Program-made: the position numbers and the translations under genes
Assembly: GCF_018350175.1 (NCBI RefSeq)
Contig: NC_058368.1
Span: forward strand, 25,546,001 to 25,610,000
From: Felis catus
Taxonomy: Eukaryota
DNA: 64,000 bases
Direction: 5' to 3'
Notes under the pieces: model-generated
The model's input: only the letters and a program-made list of their open reading frames with translations
The model's database searches: none
What the model was told of the DNA's origin: nothing
Shown: one piece after another, positions 25,636 through 37,803 of the stretch
How positions within the stretch are numbered: position 1 is the first letter of the stretch
How the letters are laid out: every line of letters begins with the position of its first letter

Positions 25636-27855
25636 TAAACCCAGTTCTTCTAACTTTGAAACGAGTGCTCTTACCAGCGTGGATGGAAACTGCTGACTCC
25701 AGCAGACTTTATGTGTCTTTGGTCTGTCTGTGTTCCTCTGAAGGCATCATGTGATCCAAGGAAATGCATTCACTGATCTTAGAGTCCATGATGAAAAAAG
25801 AAAAGAAACAAGTATTTGTTTCAAATCTAATTCTTGCCATACTGGGACAGTGATTGAAAATGGTAGCAACCTCTATACCTATGTTAAAATATATACAATA
25901 CCGGGTAGGGCAAAAGTTGACCAATAAAAAATTACATCTTCATGTTCGTATATATTCCATAAATATATTTATATGATATATATGATGTGTATAGGAATAT
26001 ACATGATATATTTATATTTTATGATTATTTTTTAATTAGAGAGAGAGAGAGAGAGAGAGACGGCAAGCGAGGGAGTGGGACAGAGGGGGAGAGAGAAAGA
26101 ATCTCAAGCAGACTCCACACTCAGCACAGAGCCTGACATGGGGCTTGATCCCAGGCCCTGGGATCATGACCTGAGCTGAAATCAAGAGCCGGACGTCCAA
26201 CCATCTGAGCTACCCAGGCTCTCCTATATTTCATTTTTATAATTATATTTCACATTACATTTATATATTTCATATTATATATTTTAAATATATATTTTAT
26301 ATTTTATTTTCATCACATATATTTCTATATCCATTTCTATAATTTTAATTCTTGCACTTTTGAACAAATGTTTATATATCTGACGTTTCCAACGGAATTA
26401 AAATTTTGCTGTAAAAGCAGTAATAAGTTACCGTGCATTGAGTGTGCCCTATGAGAACTAAAAGAAAATTACTTCCTTCACCATAGTTAACATTCCAGTG
26501 ACCTCTGCTAAGGCAGCCCTGAAAAATAACTTGCCATACCAACAGCTTAATGAGTAAGTCTGCCATTGTTTTCTTCCTTGTTTGTCCTCAACTGTGTGAT
26601 AAATTTCAAAGATAAATTAGACCAATTAAATTCTGCCTCCACAGAGTACTGCTGGTTATAACAGTAAAACCAAAAGTCTTTCTAATTCCTTTCTCCACAT
26701 TAACCCCAATCACTATTCCCACAGTAATCATGGTTAATAATTTATGAAACTTCCGAAGAATTTTTACATAGACACAAACAGATGTATATGCTTTTCCTAA
26801 GGGGCTCCTGAGCGGCTCAGTCGGTTAAGCGTCCAACTCTTGATTTCAGCTCAGGTCATGATCTCATGGTTTGTGGCTTCGAGCCCCGTGCTGGATTCTG
26901 TGCTGACAGTGCGGAGCCTGCTTGGGATTCTCTCTCTCCCTCTCTCTCTGCCCCTCCCTCCCTCACTCTCACTCTCTCTCTCAAAATAAATAAATAAACC
27001 TAAAAAAAATGGAAATACTGATACTATCTACATTACTCTATTTCCTTTGTTCTCATAACAAAAATTTAATTACCTTCAGACTCTATATTTCAAGTTCTAA
27101 ATGTTCTCTGATACTCTGAAATTGTATTCAGTTCCTACTATAAGCTGATTTCCACGACTGGGATGGGGAATGGTAGGCAGACGCACAAGATGGAAAGGAG
27201 AGGTCATATGGAAAAGAAGAGTAAGCCAGTCAACAAGTTAGTAATCGGGAAGGGACATAAAATAAGTATGGAAATAACTGTAATATTTATTAATTCAGAT
27301 GTTCATTCATTCATTCATTCGTTCATGATGATGAAGTATTCATACATCCAATAATAATTCCATAGGCAAGATGGAGAAACTGAGGCTAATTTCGGCCACT
27401 ACTTCACAGCACAGCCATTAGATTCAATTCTTCCTCAATTCTGTGCTTTTTCTCCTCCCCTATGCCACAGACCATAGACGTACTGATTTGGCAGTGACTG
27501 AAGAGGCTCACTCTTACAACTCCCTATCCATCTGCCCCCTTGAATATATTCCCCCGTCACCTTGCAGCTAAAGGCTCTGTGATTAGGTTCTGGCAGTAAG
27601 ATAAAAAGAGGTGATAGGTGCTAGTGCCTACCCTCCAATTTCTGCTTATCCCTTCCTTGCTGGGATGTAGACAGGTGTTGTGTGGTTACCAGAGTGGGTG
27701 TTTGTGGGGAGGGTGGATGGACTTCTGAATGTCCATAAAGGAGGATAAAGTAGACCTCAATGTGATCTGTCATTTTTTTTCATTCATTAAAAAAAAAAAA
27801 AAAAAAAACAACTTGGGACGCCTGGGTGACTCAATTGGTTGAGCATCTGACTCTT

Positions 27856-28072
27856 TTTTTTTTTTTTAATGTTTTTATTTATTTTTGAGACAGAGAGAGA
27901 CAGAGCATGAAAGGGGGAGGGTCAGAGAAAGAGGGAGACACAGAATCTGAAACAGGCTCCAGGCTCCAAGCAGTCAGCACAGAGCCCGACACAGTGCTCG
28001 AACTCACATACCATGAGATCGTGACCTGAGCCGAAGTCGGAGGCTTAACCGACTGAGCCACCCAGGCGCCCC
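27856..28072 (-). mobile_element. SINE nested in opposite orientation inside another SINE (27815-28222)
   Basis: 14-bp TSD agcatctgactctt at 27842-27855 and 28074-28087. Confidence 0.9.
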
Positions 28073-30109
28073 AAGCATCTGACTCTTGATTTCGGCTCAG
28101 GTGATGATCTCACAGTTTGTGGGATCGAGCCCTGTTGCCTGGGATTCTCTCTCTCCCTCTTTCTGCCCCTACCCCACTCTCTCTCTCTCTCTCTCAAAAT
28201 AAACTTAAAAAAAAAAAAAAAAACCTTGAAGCAAATATGAAAACTGTTAGCAGTTATTTATTCTGGTTGGTGGGTACCTAACTCTTTTTAAAATGTTTGT
28301 ATGCCTCTATACTTTTCAATGTTTTATCTATAATTTAAAATAAATTATAGAGAAACAAACTACAAGGGACTCTTAATACTAGAGAACAAACTGAGAGTTG
28401 CAGGAAGGGAGGCTGGTGGGAGATGGGCTAGATGGGTGATGGGCATTAAGGAGGGCACTTGTTGGGATGAGTACTGGGCTCAGTCCCACAAACTGCAAGA
28501 GATCATGACCTGAGCTGATATCAAGAGTCAGAAGCTTAACCCAAAAATATCTTAGATTCTAACGATCACTTTACAGTCATCAAAGACATTACAGGAAGTC
28601 ACATTAGTTATGTCGCTTGGTTTCACATAAGAGAAAGGGAACCTTGTACTCTCCTTGAGCAGAAGCAATCTCCCAGAACATTAACACCAGATACGGCTAC
28701 TTTGTGACAAAAACGTGAACCTTGTGCAAAAGGGCTAGAGAGTCAAGAGTAGATATTGACCAAATCTTGGGCCACATTAAAAAAAAAAAATCCACTGAAT
28801 CTGTCCAGGTGATGCGCCAGGAAATATATCTGAAGAGAAAATTTGCCTAAGTCAATGGCTTTCAAACCTTTTTGACCTAGATCCACATGAAGGAATACGT
28901 CTTATGCTAGGATCCAGTTCATACATACATGTGTAAATCTAAAGGTTTCATGAAACAGCATTCACCTTTACTGTGAGTGATTCTATTTTCTTTTCTACTG
29001 TTTCTTTTTTAATTAAGTTGGTCCCTAGCCACTGAATTGTTTTTCAGCTCTCAGTTTGAAAAGGACTGTTATACCAGGGGTTGAATATATGCTGAATCGT
29101 ATTAATTGAGATGGATTTAACTTAATTAAGAGGATTAAAGAAAACTTTATCTCATCCGTTCATTTATCAACAATGATTGAGTGGAGCCTGGGTGGCTCAG
29201 TAGGTCAGGTGTCAGGCTCTTGATCTCAGCTAGGGTCATGATCTCAAGGTTCCTGGGATCTAGCCCCACATGGGGCTCTGTGCTATTGGTACAGAGCCTG
29301 CTTGGGATTCTCTCTCTCCCTCTCTCTCTCTGCCTCCCCCCACCCCCCAAGCGGACACGTGAGCTTTCTCTCTCCCCCTCTCAAAATAAATAAACTAAAA
29401 AAACAAAAACAAAAAACAATGATTGAGTCAGGCCCTGTTCTGACTCCTGAGGTACAGCAATTAACAAAACAAAGTCCCCTATTCATAGAGCTTACGGTTA
29501 TAGGGCTCTGCTGCCCAATAAAGTTACTAGCCATGGATATTTACATTTAAATTAGTCAAAATTAAATAGAAGTAAATACTCAGTTCCAGTGCCACACTAG
29601 CCACATTTCAGGTATTCAGTAGCCCCTTGTGGCCTATTGGCTACTGTATTAGAGCAGATACAGAACATTCCCATTATCAAAGTAAACTCTTTTGAACAGC
29701 TCTGCTCTAAAGGGAAGAATTTGCCTTGTAACTTGACTAAAGTAATGATTTGTTAGCAGAGTACAAAGAGCCTAGGTGAAAGGAGCAAGTGAAATCATTA
29801 ACAGATCTCAGAATGAAGGGGTTCAGACCATGCACCAGGAATAGTCCAGCTGGCTCATTCCTCAGTCACCTTCTGTCACAGTCATAAACTACACTCCTAC
29901 CTCCCTAATTCCGATTTAAGCAAGTTCCTTTTTCTGTAACTTGACGACTTTCTATACTACATGTAACCAGCCAGGAATTTCTCATTCTACATTAACGGTA
30001 TTCTTGTTTTGCAAATCAATCTCGTATGAGTTTGGTAAATATTAACTTCCCTGAACTTGACCCCCAGTGAGTAAAGCGAACACTACTAAGCTGCGAACCA
30101 GACCCTTTG

Positions 30110-31020
30110 CACTGTGAGTACAGAAAGGACTACTAGTTGCCTACGTTCTTCCTTAATAACAAAATCCTGATTTCACTTAGGTGGCGACGAGCCAGTGTCC
30201 ATGAGCTGGAAGACGACAGTGTGCGGCCTTCCCTGCAAGTAGATGTATCCATGTAATTGTTTGGTGGGATTGTGGCCAGGGTACAGGGGTGCAAGGGCAC
30301 CTGGCTCCGGCGGTTGCGGGGGGGGGGGGTCCCAAACAGACCAGATTCGGTCACTCACTGCTGACAAAATCCAACGGCAGAGAGATGAGTGGCAGTGAAA
30401 CAGGCAAAGGACTAGGGTCTCAAAGACTGTCTCCCAAGTGCTGAAAATACTTCCGGCTTTACGTAAGGAAAGTGTGGGGCAAAGGTGGGTGGGTAAATGC
30501 AGGTGAGCAGTGAAGGTCAAATTCATCATTGTTTTGGAGTCAATCACGGGTGGTGTCTTATGGGATCAGGGCGGTCCTCATGGCGTGAGGGGGTAGTTTT
30601 GATTCCTGTTGAGGATGGATGCTTTTGCCCTCAGGATCTTCCATCTGAGCTAAGAGCCAAGCTGGAAAGAAGAATCCAACTAGAAAGCTTGAGGTCAAAA
30701 TGGAGGCAGAGGAAATCCTCTTTCAGGGCTTCTGGAATAGCTCCTTAGAAGGGAAACACACAGCTGGAATGTACCTCTCTTGTCCTCCCCTTTTCTTGCA
30801 GCCTGCAAGGTGAATGTGATGGTTGGAGTTCCAGAATCTATTGTAGACCACGTAGGTGGTGAAGAAAGGAAGATCCTAGGCCCCTCGTGCCCATGAAGCC
30901 ACCAAATCAGGCTGGACTGCATATCCCTGAATTTTATATGAGAGAATAACCCCTTATATTGAAGCTATTGTAGTCAAGCCTGAACTGATAAAATGGGTGA
31001 ACTCTCATGAGGTGCTTTTC
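30110..31020. mobile_element. Old MaLR LTR with a nested ERV LTR-like insert
   Basis: MLT1-like flanks (gtgaatgtgatggttggag; atgagagaataaccc) around an LTR-like segment at ~30180-30660. Confidence 0.45.
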
Positions 31021-33586
31021 TCCTGTGACGACTTGTGTGAAAAGGCCGCAAGTCATGGTCTTTGAGACCTCTTCAATTGTGAGAGATAACAAGTCATATT
31101 CAGCTGTAAAATTTAGGACCATCTTAGATTTTTGTTATACGTCCCTGAGCAAATGATTGTAAGAAATTAAATATCATAGAAAATTTCAAATGATGCCAAA
31201 GCAAAAGCTAATCAGTTAGATAAAGGCCAAATCCTTCCAATTTGTCAGTGGCTTGCAATTAGTGAATAATTTTCCCTATTTAAATTACTGGTGTTCTAAG
31301 TAGGTATTTTCAAGGTACAGCACAGAGTTTTTCAGTCAACAGGATGGAGCTTACAAAATATCCGAAATTTCAAATCAGATTTTCCTAAGATTTTTTTTAT
31401 GATTTCAAGTCTCTGAATTACCATGAGCTATCAAACATTAACCTGAGTTAGAAATCTCATGACACAAGTTGAATTCTTTCAGGGATTTGCAATTAACGTT
31501 ATGATTAAATAGAACGTCTTTAATACAACTAAATCCCTAAAATATCTCCAAATAGCATAATTAGAGGATTAATGGAATAGTTTCAGCAATATTTTATAAA
31601 GTAATAAAATATGAGAAGAATTATGCATCCAAATTCAACCAATATTTATTGACAACCTATTAAGGACACCAGGCTTTTTTCATTGCCTTATTTAAGATCC
31701 CCAAACCCCCCTTTTTTGTTTAATGTTTATTTTTGAGTGAGAGACAGAGTGCGAGCGGGGGAGGGGCAGAGAGTTGGAGGGGGGGCGGGGGATGGGACAC
31801 AGGTTCCGAAATCTCTGAGCTGACAGCACAGAGCTAGATGTGGGGCTACAACTCACAAACTGAGATCATGACCTGAGCCAAATTTGGAAGCCAGACGCTT
31901 AACCATCTGAGCCACTGAGGCACCCCCTCCAAAACCGCTTAACTCTGAAAACACTCCATTCTATGCTTGGGCTTAGGGAACCTGGCTTTCCTAAGGCTGC
32001 AGGACTAGTAACAGATGAAGCCAAGATTTCAGTCTAAGGTCCTTCAACTTCAGCACTCTTTTTCTCTGTGGCTTTTTAAAAACTTGAAAAAAATGTTTTT
32101 AATTGAACATGTAACTGGAGAGGAACGGAGGGAGCAGTTTAGGCGTACTGTATCAGTAAATGGGAATATTTCTAAATAACTTAAAATGTTAAAGCTGAGG
32201 AAAATAATTGATGATATGCCTGGGATAATCTGTTTCACTCCTAACATCCCAGAAATAATTCCGAGGTTTGAAAGACCCTCCAGAGACCATCTGTCAGATG
32301 TCCATTTGTTTTCAAATCGCCTTCATGCCATTTTTTAGTTTCTTCCCAGTTACCCAGGGCCTTCTGGGCTGCCCTTCTGGGAGGATACTATTTCCTGGCT
32401 CTTTTCCCTTTTAACTCTTCCATCATCTCAATGCACTGTCCTATGCTCTGCTCTTTCCCAAGAGCTGCGCTCTCTTATTGGGCAGAATGCTTTATTACCG
32501 CATTTAGGAAAAAAAAAAAAGTTAATGTATTATAATTGCCCGATTATTTGACCTACTAGAACAAAAACTTCTGTTAAGGATAGGGCTGGTTTTAACTTGT
32601 TTACAATTAGGACGTCCGTGCAAAACCCAGTGCTAGGGACCCCACAGAGCATAAAAAATACTCGTGGAATGAAACAAGCTCTCGGGTTTCACGCAAAAAG
32701 GGAAATTGTTTCACTAGGAGTTTATTTTGCTTTACACCTAATAATTGGGTCTAAAGTCCAAATAACATTTGAGCGGGTGGGAAACTCCCTATTTCTAACT
32801 CTCCAGCATCTAGGATAGAATTTCGACGTCATCTTAAAGTGACAATATAGCCCTTTTATCAAACCAAGGACCTAATTCAAGACCCAGTGCAAAACAAAGT
32901 TCTCCAGCAGTCGGCCTCAGGAATCCGCAAGCTTTCGAACACGGAACCCAACTGGGAGATGGAAACCCCATCATGTAAACTCCCACGACACCTTCCTTCC
33001 TTCCCACAGACTTTCAGCATCCCCACGACGGATCCGAGGGCTGGCGGGACTACCTGTAGCCCACCACCCGGACTCAGTCCTGTCCCACGAAGGCGTCCGA
33101 AAACTACAGCTGGGGCAAGCGCCTGGGCCAAATGCTAAAAAGTTCCCCGAGGCCTTGCGAGACCCAGGAGGGAGGCCAAAACCCGGCCTCTGCCCTCATC
33201 GTCGTGGACAGCCTCGCGGTCTCCCCCAGCCCCGACCCTCCGTAAACGCGAACTACTCTGCAACAGTTGACATTTGGGTTCCCAGAAAAGGGTGGGAGCT
33301 GCGGGGCAGAGGCGTCGGGCGGAAGCTTGAAGAGATTTCATCTACGCTCCACCCGGTCCCACCTCCCAGGACAGCCCGGCAGGGCAGGTAGGGGCAGGGC
33401 CCCAGGCCCGGCTTCCCCCACTCTCCCCACCCGGGGCCGGAAACCCCTTTCCCCTCCCTCCAGAGCTCCCCTCCCCCACCACGAGAGCGGCGGACCTCGG
33501 CATTGTGTACCAGGGACGAGTCCCCGGATGCTCGCCTCTCCTCCCCGGCCCGCGCCTTGGCTCCACCCCCAGCGCGCCTCTGCGTG

Positions 33587-33656
33587 CCACGTCACCGCTT
33601 GCAGCGCTTCCGGAGGCGCAGCGGGCGATGACGTAGGGGGACGTGCCCTCTATATG
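33587..33656 (+). promoter_or_regulatory. TPT1 core promoter: CRE-like CCACGTCA (33587-33594), ETS-like CTTCCGG (33607-33613), CRE-like TGACGTAG (33629-33636), TATA-like TATATG (33651-33656)
   Basis: Motifs read directly; the TATA-like box lies 30 nt upstream of the pyrimidine-tract start. Confidence 0.8.
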
Positions 33657-33680
33657 AGGTTGGGGAGCGGCTGAGTCGGC

Positions 33681-33794
33681 CTTTTCCGCCCGCTCCCCCC
33701 TCCCCCCGAGTGCCGCTCCGGCTGCACCGCGCTCGCTCAGAGCTCCCGGCTCCTGCTAAGCTAGCGCCGCCGTCGTCTCTCCCCGGCCGCCGTC
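33681..33794 (+). promoter_or_regulatory. TPT1: TPT1 5'UTR starting with a 5' terminal oligopyrimidine tract (CTTTTCC)
   Basis: C-initiated pyrimidine run 30 nt after the TATA-like box; TPT1 is an established TOP mRNA; exact TSS inferred. Confidence 0.78.
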
Positions 33795-33822
33795 ATGATC
33801 ATCTACCGGGACCTCATCAGCC
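33795..33822 (+). CDS. TPT1: TPT1 exon 1, coding part
   Basis: gccgtcATG ATC ATC TAC CGG GAC CTC ATC AGC C|gtgagt. Confidence 0.98.
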
Positions 33823-36800
33823 GTGAGTCGTGACTGCACTACTCCTACTGCCGCGCGCAGGGGACAGGGGTGCGGGTGGGGGCGGGGGAGACGGACGCCC
33901 CTGCTGTCGTGGGCCTAGGGGACGCTGGCGGCCTTTCCGGGAGCGAGGAGGCGTCGGCGCCTGGGGCACGCGTCGGGGTTTCGAGCGCCCGGGGAGGGGT
34001 GGGGGCCGCGTGCGGCCGGCTGGCGCGGGAAATGGCGCCGGTTCCAGGCCTCCGGGCGCACCGTGACCGGCGGGTTTGTGTCCCCGAGCAGATGATGAGA
34101 TGTTCTCCGACATCTACAAGATCCGGGAGATCGCGGACGGGCTGTGCCTGGAGGTGGAGGGGAAGGTGAGTCGGTCGGGCCGCGGCGCGGGGGAGGCAAG
34201 GCCGGGCAGGCTCGGGTTTCCGCCGCACCCCCGCCCGAAGTTGTGCAATCCTCTCCGCTGCCTCCTGGCGGAGGAGACGCTTTTTCCGGGCTCGGGTTTT
34301 TCTAGAAAAGTGGAGGCGGAGCTGAGCCTGGAAATAGGTCCGCCGGCTTGGCGCCCATCCTCCTCCCGGGCGATCCGGGACAGGTAGCCCCGAGTTGGGA
34401 GCCCCGAGCCTTTCCACATTTGCTTTATCCGTACTTGCTCATCGACCTAAAATCCCACACAGAACTTCTCCTTGGGTGTAAATGATCCCGTTTTTGTTGC
34501 AGTCAACAAAGAATTCCTGTTGAGTTATGGTGTTTCAGGAAATTTCGCGGTGCATGACTTTTTTCTCCATAACGATGTGTTAGTGGTTTTTTAACAAGAG
34601 TCCGAAGTGTCTGGGGGGACGATGATGGAAGCATGAGCTGCTGACATAGATCTTCGGGACGCGTTTATACTAAGGTCAAAAGTGTTTGAAGCAACTATTT
34701 TTTCTTGATGTAGATGGTCAGTAGGACAGAGGGTAACATTGATGACTCGCTCATTGGTGGAAATGCCTCCGCCGAAGGCCCTGAGGGCGAAGGTACCGAG
34801 AGCACAGTAATCACTGGTGTGGATATTGTCATGAACCATCACTTGCAGGAAACCAGCTTCACAAAGGAAGCCTACAAGAAGTACATCAAAGATTACATGA
34901 AATCGTAAGTGAACCTGGTGCAACCCTCCTACTGTCTGGAATCCTGGGGATTTAGGAATATGCTCACTTTGAGGTTCTTAGCAGGCATACTTGGCGAAAG
35001 GTCTGAACCTTTTTCTGTGGATGAGCTCATGGGGATAGTTGCTTTTCTAGAAGTAAACTGGTGGGAGCATACTGGAGCATGCAGCGTGGTTTCAGCCTTT
35101 TAGAATCTTATTTTGGAAATAACATGAAATCCAAAATTGTGAACGGTCTTGAAACTTGCCTCTTGTGAGCTACTAGTTTCTTGATTGTGCCATGTTAATT
35201 TTGCCCAGTGACAGCTAGTTGCCCTTTCAGTGGTTGCTGGATTCAGTTTGGGTTTCTTTAGTGAATAAAAATTTGTTTTGCTGAGAACTCCATACTTTAA
35301 CCTGTTAATGAAATATTGTTGTAGAATCAAAGGCAAGCTTGAAGAACAGAGGCCAGAAAGAGTAAAACCTTTTATGACAGGGGCTGCAGAACAAATCAAG
35401 CACATCCTTGCTAATTTCAAAAATTACCAGGTAAATACCTTAAGTGTTTGTATCAAAGCATTGTATAATCTTAACTGCCAGCGCAACAAATTGCTTGATG
35501 AACCTTTGATGTAATTGTGGCTATTTCCTGGGTCTTGTGAGCGGTTTAAATACTTCATAGATTGAATTCCAGTAGTCTGGGCTGTGGAAAGTAGCCTTCC
35601 CTGCTCCCAAGTGTGTTTCCAGATCTTGCCTTGTTGCAGAATCTCTTCCCTACTTGCTTCCCGGATGACTTTTTTCATTTCTTCCTCTCTGGAATTGCTT
35701 GTTAACGTCCTAGGTGGTCTTCCAGTTTTCTTTCTAATTTACAAGTCCAGTGTGTTACTGCCAGTAGAGTTCTTTCTAAACTTGTTCTGTTGGGAAACTC
35801 AGTGACTTTGCCTTACTTCTAAGACTTAATACCCTGGCTCTTTTTTTTTTTTGTTTAATGTGCTCTTTCATTGTATGTTCCCTGTGCTTGATGATGTAAA
35901 CAGGCTTTTACAGAGTTTGGAATTGTATATGTGGGGATGAGAGAGTAAGTTTCCAGAACGCCTAAAGTGTTCCTAGATTGTTCTGTACTTACTTTGCTCA
36001 TTTATTAGTGTCATTTGGTGAACAGGAAGTTTGTTTTTTTTTTTTGGTTTTTTTCCCCCTCTCCTGGTGAAAGTCTCTCTTAAATTGTGGTTTTCTAAAT
36101 TCTCCTTTGATTGTTTCATCGTAGTTTGTTTTGGTATGATGTGTATATAAAGGTCTAATCCTGGGTATTTGTTTGCTTCCTGAGTTCTTTATTGGTGAAA
36201 ACATGAATCCGGACGGCATGGTTGCCCTGCTGGACTACCGCGAGGATGGTGTGACTCCATATATGATCTTCTTTAAGGACGGTTTAGAAATGGAAAAATG
36301 TGTAAGTATCAGGAAGTGGGTTGAGATCCGCATTGTAAAAATGGACACATCTCAGATGTGACTCCTTGTTTCCTGCCACTGGGATGGTTAGAATGGGTTT
36401 TACAACACTCTTGAAAGATACAGGTCTGGGTCTTCTTTCTCTTTCTTTGGGGGGTCTAAAAGGGTTGTGTTTTACACGGAAGAGATTTTTATGGCACAGA
36501 AAGGCACTTAAGAGTTTTTTTTATCTACACAGAAAGCTTGTCTTTGGGCGGCTTAAATCCTAGCTTCCACGCTAAACTGATGAGAAACAGCACTGTGTTA
36601 ATTTTCCCCTGTAGAAATGGCCCCCTTTGTATTTTGCCACACGTGTGCGTGAGTAGCATGTATGGCACGAAACGTTTTCCACTTTGGTTTACTGATAACG
36701 GGCAACTGGTCATTGAAAGTCTTGACGTTACTAGCTTTTAGTAAATAAAGTTAGAGCTGGCTGCTGACCCGCGACGCAGACTGCTTTAGTAAAACTAAAT

Positions 36801-37293
36801 GAATGTCTACTATGCACGGAATTGCTGGAGGCAGTACAGAAATGAAAGTATTCATCATCCTAGCTCTCCCAGGGCTTCCATATAAATCAGGAGCAAGATA
36901 AACTTTAGGCTACACTAAATAAGATCAGAGGCAACAGTGGACTAAAATATCCCCGGATGGTACAGATGATTCGGTGAGGGGATCATCCCAGGCTTGTCTG
37001 AGGTTTTTGTTGGTGGAACGTGTGAGTGGGACTTGCTCCAGAATGAGGCATCTAGAAAATGTGCTACCTCTGAGTTGGTAAGGATGGCTCTGCATCCACT
37101 GATAGACCTCGAACAGTTGGCCGTTGTTCTTTTGGTTTGCACTAGGATGCGAAAGGAAAAAATCCCCGCGCTTTCTGTCTGTCTTTGTGGCAGCCCGGAT
37201 TGAACAGGGGAATACACCTAGAGCCTAGAAATGTTAAATGTATTTTCGCATTGGCTAAAAGTGTTAATTCAGGCTTCCTTGTTTTTACAGTAA
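33795..37293 (+). CDS. TPT1: Translationally controlled tumour protein (TCTP/fortilin), 172 aa; join(33795..33822,34092..34165,34714..34904,35325..35430,36185..36301,37291..37293)
   Basis: Spliced translation [61 protein letters not shown]...[24 protein letters not shown]...[49 protein letters not shown] is recognisably mammalian TCTP. Exon lengths 28+74+191+106+117+3=519 nt; all introns GT..AG and in phase. Confidence 0.99.
34092..34165 (+). CDS. TPT1: TPT1 exon 2
   Basis: gagcag|ATGATGAG...GGGAAG|gtgagt; encodes (H)[24 protein letters not shown]. Confidence 0.98.
34714..34904 (+). CDS. TPT1: TPT1 exon 3
   Basis: ttcttgatgtag|ATGGTC...AAATC|gtaagt; corresponds to ORF 34714..34908. Confidence 0.98.
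35325..35430 (+). CDS. TPT1: TPT1 exon 4
   Basis: ttgttgtag|AATCAAAGGC...TACCAG|gtaaat. Confidence 0.98.
36185..36301 (+). CDS. TPT1: TPT1 exon 5
   Basis: ttgcttcctgag|TTCTTTATT...AAATGT|gtaagt; encodes [11 protein letters not shown]...EMEKC. Confidence 0.97.
37090..37219 (+). ncRNA. SNORA31: H/ACA box snoRNA SNORA31 in TPT1 intron 5
   Basis: Basal stem GCATCC(37092-97)/GGATGC(37145-50), H box AAAGGA (37152-57), second hairpin, ACA at 37214-16 three nt from the end; recognisably SNORA31; ends 71 nt before the exon 6 acceptor. Confidence 0.93.
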
Positions 37294-37477
37294 CGAATTT
37301 GGCTCTTAACTTTGGACGTATCACCTGTCGTCCTAGCTGGCTCCTACTCATCCACACGACACCAGGACTTAGACGAATGGGACTGACGTCATCTTGAGCT
37401 CTTCATTTATTTTGACCTTGGTTTATTTGGAGCGGAGGCATTGTTTTTAAGAAAACATGTCATGTAGGTTGTTTAAA

Positions 37478-37483
37478 AATAAA
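37478..37483 (+). terminator. TPT1 proximal polyadenylation signal
   Basis: AATAAA about 185 nt after the stop; TPT1 is known to make short and long mRNAs by alternative polyadenylation. Confidence 0.88.
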
Positions 37484-37797
37484 ATGCATTTAAACTCATT
37501 TGAGAGAATGCCTCTTAGTTTAATACATATTTAAATCCATCCTGTGTAGTGTCCTGGAGAAGCTAGAGCCTGGTTGTAGACTACTGCTAGAAAGCATAAG
37601 ACTGCCTGCAGATAACTTCTACAGTGAGAACTACTTCTGGGACTGCCATATAAAAAACAAGGACCCAAAGTCTTAATTCTGAGTTCAAGGAAAGGGAGAG
37701 ACCATGCTCATAGCTGTGCCAACATTTGGAGTGGATTCCTCACACATTTCATCACCTGCAAACGGAAGTAGTTAACTCTGGAAGAGATTACCAAAAG

Positions 37798-37803
37798 AAT
37801 AAA
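37798..37803 (+). terminator. TPT1 distal polyadenylation signal
   Basis: AATAAA 320 nt downstream of the first, followed by GT/T-rich gttttgtct. Confidence 0.8.

Larger units (their letters stand above)
33000..34420. promoter_or_regulatory. TPT1 CpG island / promoter
   Basis: Very GC- and CpG-rich interval covering the promoter, exon 1, intron 1 and exon 2; several GC boxes. Confidence 0.92.
37291..37803 (+). other. TPT1: TPT1 exon 6: stop codon TAA as its first three bases, then the 3'UTR (up to the distal poly(A) signal)
   Basis: cttccttgtttttacag|TAA; AU-rich UTR with two AATAAA signals. Confidence 0.93.

Noticed and set aside
33267..34419. Overlapping ORFs around the TPT1 promoter, e.g. 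33845..34417 (-)
   Set aside because: GC-rich artefacts; only the TPT1 exon segments are supported.
34620..35900. C-box-like TGATGA/TGATGG motifs in TPT1 introns 2 and 4
   Set aside because: No correctly spaced D box with a terminal stem, so no C/D snoRNA was called.
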